A program made the translations under genes and the position numbers. The notes below the pieces were generated by a model. It was not told the DNA's origin, made no database searches, and saw only the letters and a program-made list of their open reading frames with translations. A stretch of DNA of 49,628 nucleotides from the NCBI GenBank assembly GCA_944385165.1, contig CALWWF010000147.1, positions 1 through 49,628 of the forward strand, given 5' to 3'. Positions within the stretch are counted from its first letter, which is position 1; every line of letters starts with the position of its first letter. Of the stretch, positions 46,014-49,628 are shown piece by piece. Source of the DNA: an uncultured Oscillospiraceae bacterium. Lineage in GTDB: Bacteria > Bacillota > Clostridia > Oscillospirales > Oscillospiraceae.

Positions 46014-47003
46014 CTACGGCGTGCCCAGAAAGAGGCACATGACCAGAACCGCAGCACAAAGGCTCAGTAGTTTCTTTGGGAGGGTCAGGGGTTTCCAGGC
46101 CAAGAGGGCCTTCACCCGCCGCTCCCCGTCGCTCTCCCCAAAGGCCAGGGGCACGTCCCACAGCCGCTGGCCGGAGCCCAGCTCCACCAGGGTCCTGGCG
46201 TACTCCTTCCGCTCCTGGGGGGAGAGGCGCTCCATGGTCCTGGCGTCGCAGGAGAGCTCCATGTCCAGGCAGGTGTACCGGTAGCCCAGCCAGATCAGGG
46301 GGTTCCACCAGCCCACTGCCAGGGCGAAGGACATATAGCCCTTGATCATGCCGTGCCGCAGGCACAGATGGTCCAGCTCATGGAGAAGCACCAGCCGCCG
46401 GCACTCCGGGGGCAGCTCCTCCTGGATGTAGATGGCGTTCCACAGAGCGAAGCTGGTGGGCAGATTGGGAGCGAGCCAGATGGGACAAGTGTTCGGGTCG
46501 TCCGGCTCCTCTTTGGGTTTGCCGAAGTTCGACCACAGGCCGATTTCAGTCCGGGTCCCCTGCTGCCCCAGCCGCCGCAGGGCCAGTGCCCGGCGAACCA
46601 TCCCCACCGCCAGGCACGCCACACCGGCCAGATAGACCGCCGCCGCAGCCAGGCACAGTCCGTCGGTGAGCTCCACCGGGACCTGTACCCCGCCGGGCAA
46701 GGTGAATGTGTAGATACCCGGCCCGTGGTAGCGGCCAGGCAGAAACAGCAGCCCGCCGACAAGTGCGCCGGGCACGTCCAGCAGATCCCACAGAGAGATG
46801 GGAAACACCCGAAAGTAGCTGATGGCCCCCCAGATATTAAAAAATAGTGAGCTGTACCAGAAGATGTACCACATACACACCCGCTGCTGGGGGGTCACCA
46901 GGCACACCAGGATGGGACGCAGCAGAAGGAACACACCAAAAACGGTCCCTATGCTCAGACAGGCATTAGCATGGGCAAACAATAGGGAAATCCAGAGCTC
47001 CAT
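46014..47003 (-). CDS. M56 (BlaR1-like) metallopeptidase with no C-terminal sensor domain
   Basis: LLHELDH, WWNPLIW, DMELSCD, EYARTL; ends right after the last TM helix. Confidence 0.9.
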   Translation of the reverse strand: MELWISLLFAHANACLSIGTVFGVFLLLRPILVCLVTPQQRVCMWYIFWYSSLFFNIWGAISYFRVFPISLWDLLDVPGALVGGLLFLPGRYHGPGIYTFTLPGGVQVPVELTDGLCLAAAAVYLAGVACLAVGMVRRALALRRLGQQGTRTEIGLWSNFGKPKEEPDDPNTCPIWLAPNLPTSFALWNAIYIQEELPPECRRLVLLHELDHLCLRHGMIKGYMSFALAVGWWNPLIWLGYRYTCLDMELSCDARTMERLSPQERKEYARTLVELGSGQRLWDVPLAFGESDGERRVKALLAWKPLTLPKKLLSLCAAVLVMCLFLGTP

Positions 47004-47006
47004 TCC

Positions 47007-47360
47007 TCATCCCTCCCAGGTGTGTTGGTCGATGAGCCGCTTTAACTCCTCCGCCTCCTTCTGGGTGAGCTTCCGCCCGCTGAAAAAGGCGGTGAGGAAG
47101 GGGGAGAGGCCCCCAGCCTGGCGGGAGAGCTCCTCCCCCTGGGCCTTCAGGACCGCCTCCCGGGCCACCAGGGGGGTGACGGTGGCGTTTTCGTTGGCCG
47201 CCGCCCCCTTGCGGCACAGGCGGCGCAGGACGGTGTAGGTGGTGCTTTTGCTCCAGTGGAGTTTCTCCTTGCACAGAGATACCAGGTGGGTGGAGTTGAT
47301 GGGGGCGTGGGCCCACAGAAGTTCCATCAGCTTCCACTCGCCGTCAGAGAGTTTTTCCAT
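47007..47360 (-). CDS. BlaI/MecI/CopY family repressor
   Basis: LSDGEWKLMELLW, WSKSTTYTVLRRLCRKG, LTQKEAEELKRLI. Confidence 0.94.
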   Translation of the reverse strand: MEKLSDGEWKLMELLWAHAPINSTHLVSLCKEKLHWSKSTTYTVLRRLCRKGAAANENATVTPLVAREAVLKAQGEELSRQAGGLSPFLTAFFSGRKLTQKEAEELKRLIDQHTWEG

Positions 47361-47382
47361 GAAAATTCCTCCCTTCTTTTTG

Positions 47383-47443
47383 GGTTTACAGAGATAAACC
47401 TTCTTCTTGGTATGAGTTTATCACAATAAACCTTTGGCGTCAA
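47383..47443 (-). promoter_or_regulatory. Promoter with two palindromic operators, probably bound by the BlaI-like repressor
   Basis: TTGACG-17-TAAACT; GGTTTA-N6-TAAACC (47383-47400) and AGTTTA-N6-TAAACC (47415-47432). Confidence 0.72.
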
Positions 47444-47481
47444 TTGGCTTTTGGAAAATTTCATCGCCTGGAGGTGAAACA

Positions 47482-47612
47482 GGGTTTCGCCGCTGCGGCG
47501 GCGAGTTTCTTTCCCAGCGATGGGAAAGAAACCAAAGGATCGCTGGGGGACGCCGCAGGGGCGAACTGCGTTCGCCATGTCGGCTTACCGCCAGACCCCC
47601 GTTTACGGGGGC
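47482..47612 (+). repeat. Structured dispersed repeat, left module, copy 2
   Basis: Homologous to 24312-24512. Confidence 0.85.
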
Positions 47613-47810
47613 CGCCAATGCGGAAAACTTGGCAGTCACCGCAAAGGCGCGGGTGGACAAAGGATTGGTTTCCGGTCTAATACCGCTGCCGCTGGGTTTT
47701 CGGGAACCTTTGGCGGTGCTCCTCCTGGTTGGAAAGCGCCTTTGTGTGGGTGGGGCTCAATTGCGGCTCAGAGGGACGGCGTGACCTGGAAGCGGTTTTT
47801 CTTTCTGGAA

Positions 47811-47873
47811 AGAGGCGAAGCGCAGCTTCGCAGAAAGTTTCTTTGCCGACTTTCTTTTCCAAAGAAAGTCGGG
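47811..47873 (+). repeat. Structured dispersed repeat, right module, copy 2
   Basis: Homologous to 25253-25315. Confidence 0.88.
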
Positions 47874-47944
47874 GCACTTGTCAAAGGGGGGAAAATGTGA
47901 GAAAATAACCGGTACGAAATCATGACGAGACAGGAGATACGCAG

Positions 47945-49628
47945 ATGATGACGGACCTGTTTGAAAAATCCATTGTGACCTTGGAACTGCCCAAGGTTTT
48001 GGAGCAGCTGGCGGCATGCGCCGCCACCCAGGAGGGGAAGGAGCGCTCCCTGGCCCTGCGGCCCATGACCGACCCGGACGACGTGCAGCGGGCCCTGGAC
48101 GAGACCTCCGCCGCGGTGGATATGCTCATCCAGCGGGGGAGCCCCGGCTTCTCCGGCATCAAGCCGGTGGCGGCCAGCCTCCACCGGGCGGACATGGGGG
48201 GGAGCCTGAACACCCGGGAGCTGCTGGAGATCGCCGCGGTGCTCCGCTGCGCCCGCACCGCCCAGGAGTACGGCTCCAGCGAGGAGAAGACCCCCATCTC
48301 CCACCTGTTCAACGCCCTCACTCCCAACCGCTTCCTGGAGGACTCCATCACCAACTCCATCGTGGGGGAGGACGAGCTGGCCGACTCCGCCAGCAGCGAG
48401 CTGGCCTCCATCCGCCGGCACATGCGGGCCACCGAGGCCAAGGTGCGGGAGATTTTACAGAAGATCATCTCCTCCAACCAGTCCAAATACCTCCAGGAGT
48501 CTATCATCACCATCCGCTCCGACCGGTACGTGGTGCCGGTGAAGTCGGAGTTTAAAAACGCCATCCCCGGTCTGGTCCACGACGTGTCCTCCTCCGGATC
48601 CACCTTCTTCATCGAGCCCATGGGGGTGGTGAAGGCCAACAACGAGCTGCGGGAACTGGCCGCCCGGGAGAAAAAAGAGATCGAGCGCATCCTGGCGGAG
48701 CTGTCCGCCCAGTGCGCTGCCCACAAGGAGGACATCCGGGAGGACTACGACCTGCTGGTCTGGCTGGACGCCATCTTCGCCCGGGGCAAACTGTCCCTGA
48801 ACATGGAGGCCTCCAAGCCCCGGATCTCGGACAAGTACCTGAAACTCCAGCGGGCCCGGCACCCCCTCCTGGACAAGAAGACGGCGGTGACCAACGACCT
48901 GGAGCTGGGGGACAAGTTCGACACCCTGGTGATCACCGGCCCCAACACCGGCGGCAAGACGGTGACCTTGAAGACCATCGGCCTGATCACCCTCATGGCC
49001 CAGTGCGGCCTGCACATCCCCGCCGGGTCGGACTCCACCGTGCGGGTGTTTGACCGGGTGCTGGCGGACATCGGGGACGAGCAGTCCATCGCCCAGTCCC
49101 TGTCCACCTTCTCCTCCCACATGACCAACATCGTGGGCATCCTGGGGGAGGCGGACGACAACTCCCTGATCCTCCTGGACGAGCTGGGGGCGGGCACCGA
49201 CCCGGTGGAGGGCGCGGCCCTGGCCGCCTCCATCATTGACAGCATTCGGACTCTTGGGTCCCTGGTGGCGGCCACCACCCACTACGCCGAGCTGAAGGTG
49301 TACGCCATGACCACTCCAGGGGTGGAAAACGCCTCCTGCGAGTTCAACGTGGAGACCCTGGCCCCCACCTACCGGCTGATTTTGGGCATCCCTGGCAAGT
49401 CCAACGCCTTTGCCATCTCCCGCCGACTGGGGCTGCCGGAGTATATCATCGAAAAGGCCGCCGCCCGGCTGGACGCGGAGAACGTGCGCTTTGAGGACGT
49501 ACTCACCAAGCTGGACCAGCAGCGCCAGGAGATGGAGAAGGAGCGCACCGAGGCCAAGCGCCTGAAGCTGGAGATGGAGCAGTCCGCCGCCAAGGCCCGG
49601 GAGTACCGGGACAAGCTGGAGGCGGAGC
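47945..49628 (+). CDS. mutS2: MutS2 endonuclease / ribosome collision factor, 3'-truncated by the window edge (absent from the ORF track)
   Basis: Manual translation: MMTDLFEKSIVTLELPKVL..., VHDVSSSGSTFFIEP, ARHPLL, ITGPNTGGKT, DIGDEQSIAQSLSTFSSHM, DELGAGTDP. Confidence 0.95.
   Translation, partial: MMTDLFEKSIVTLELPKVLEQLAACAATQEGKERSLALRPMTDPDDVQRALDETSAAVDMLIQRGSPGFSGIKPVAASLHRADMGGSLNTRELLEIAAVLRCARTAQEYGSSEEKTPISHLFNALTPNRFLEDSITNSIVGEDELADSASSELASIRRHMRATEAKVREILQKIISSNQSKYLQESIITIRSDRYVVPVKSEFKNAIPGLVHDVSSSGSTFFIEPMGVVKANNELRELAAREKKEIERILAELSAQCAAHKEDIREDYDLLVWLDAIFARGKLSLNMEASKPRISDKYLKLQRARHPLLDKKTAVTNDLELGDKFDTLVITGPNTGGKTVTLKTIGLITLMAQCGLHIPAGSDSTVRVFDRVLADIGDEQSIAQSLSTFSSHMTNIVGILGEADDNSLILLDELGAGTDPVEGAALAASIIDSIRTLGSLVAATTHYAELKVYAMTTPGVENASCEFNVETLAPTYRLILGIPGKSNAFAISRRLGLPEYIIEKAAARLDAENVRFEDVLTKLDQQRQEMEKERTEAKRLKLEMEQSAAKAREYRDKLEAE

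Noticed and set aside
47327-47900. Short ORFs in the blaI-mutS2 spacer and in 24143-24760
   Set aside because: They are translations of the palindromic repeat modules, without coding features

Overview
High-GC chromosomal window from a spore-forming Clostridia, most likely Oscillospiraceae (Flavonifractor/Pseudoflavonifractor-like; inferred from gene content and composition, not verified). In order: the conserved ispA-DUF212-dxs-tlyA-nadK-argR-recN block; a 10-gene Mrp/Mbh-type membrane operon with four antiporter-like subunits and no redox module; sigG; a MATE exporter; spoIIAA-spoIIAB-sigF; the rimP-nusA-ylxR-ylxQ-infB-rbfA-nrnA-truB-ribF operon (minus strand); transport and metabolic genes (AgcS symporter, CAT-family acetyltransferase, NitT/TauT ABC system with a Crp-family regulator, a split class I fumarase); an ECF sigma/membrane-protein pair; BlaI with two tandem M56 sensors; and a partial mutS2. 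I found no transposase, integrase, CRISPR array, tRNA or rRNA. The most interesting signals are non-coding: (1) an apparent standalone ~230-nt sRNA between sigF and ribF, with Pho-box-like repeats, its own terminator and anti-SD loops; (2) a two-ended palindromic element present twice, with compensatory base changes, one copy bracketing an orphan ORF inside the infB-rbfA operon; (3) a 39-bp duplication of the truB 5' end around a hairpin-rich insert; (4) recurring promoter-embedded anti-RBS hairpins (sigG, cat and others). All calls are made by eye, without database searches.
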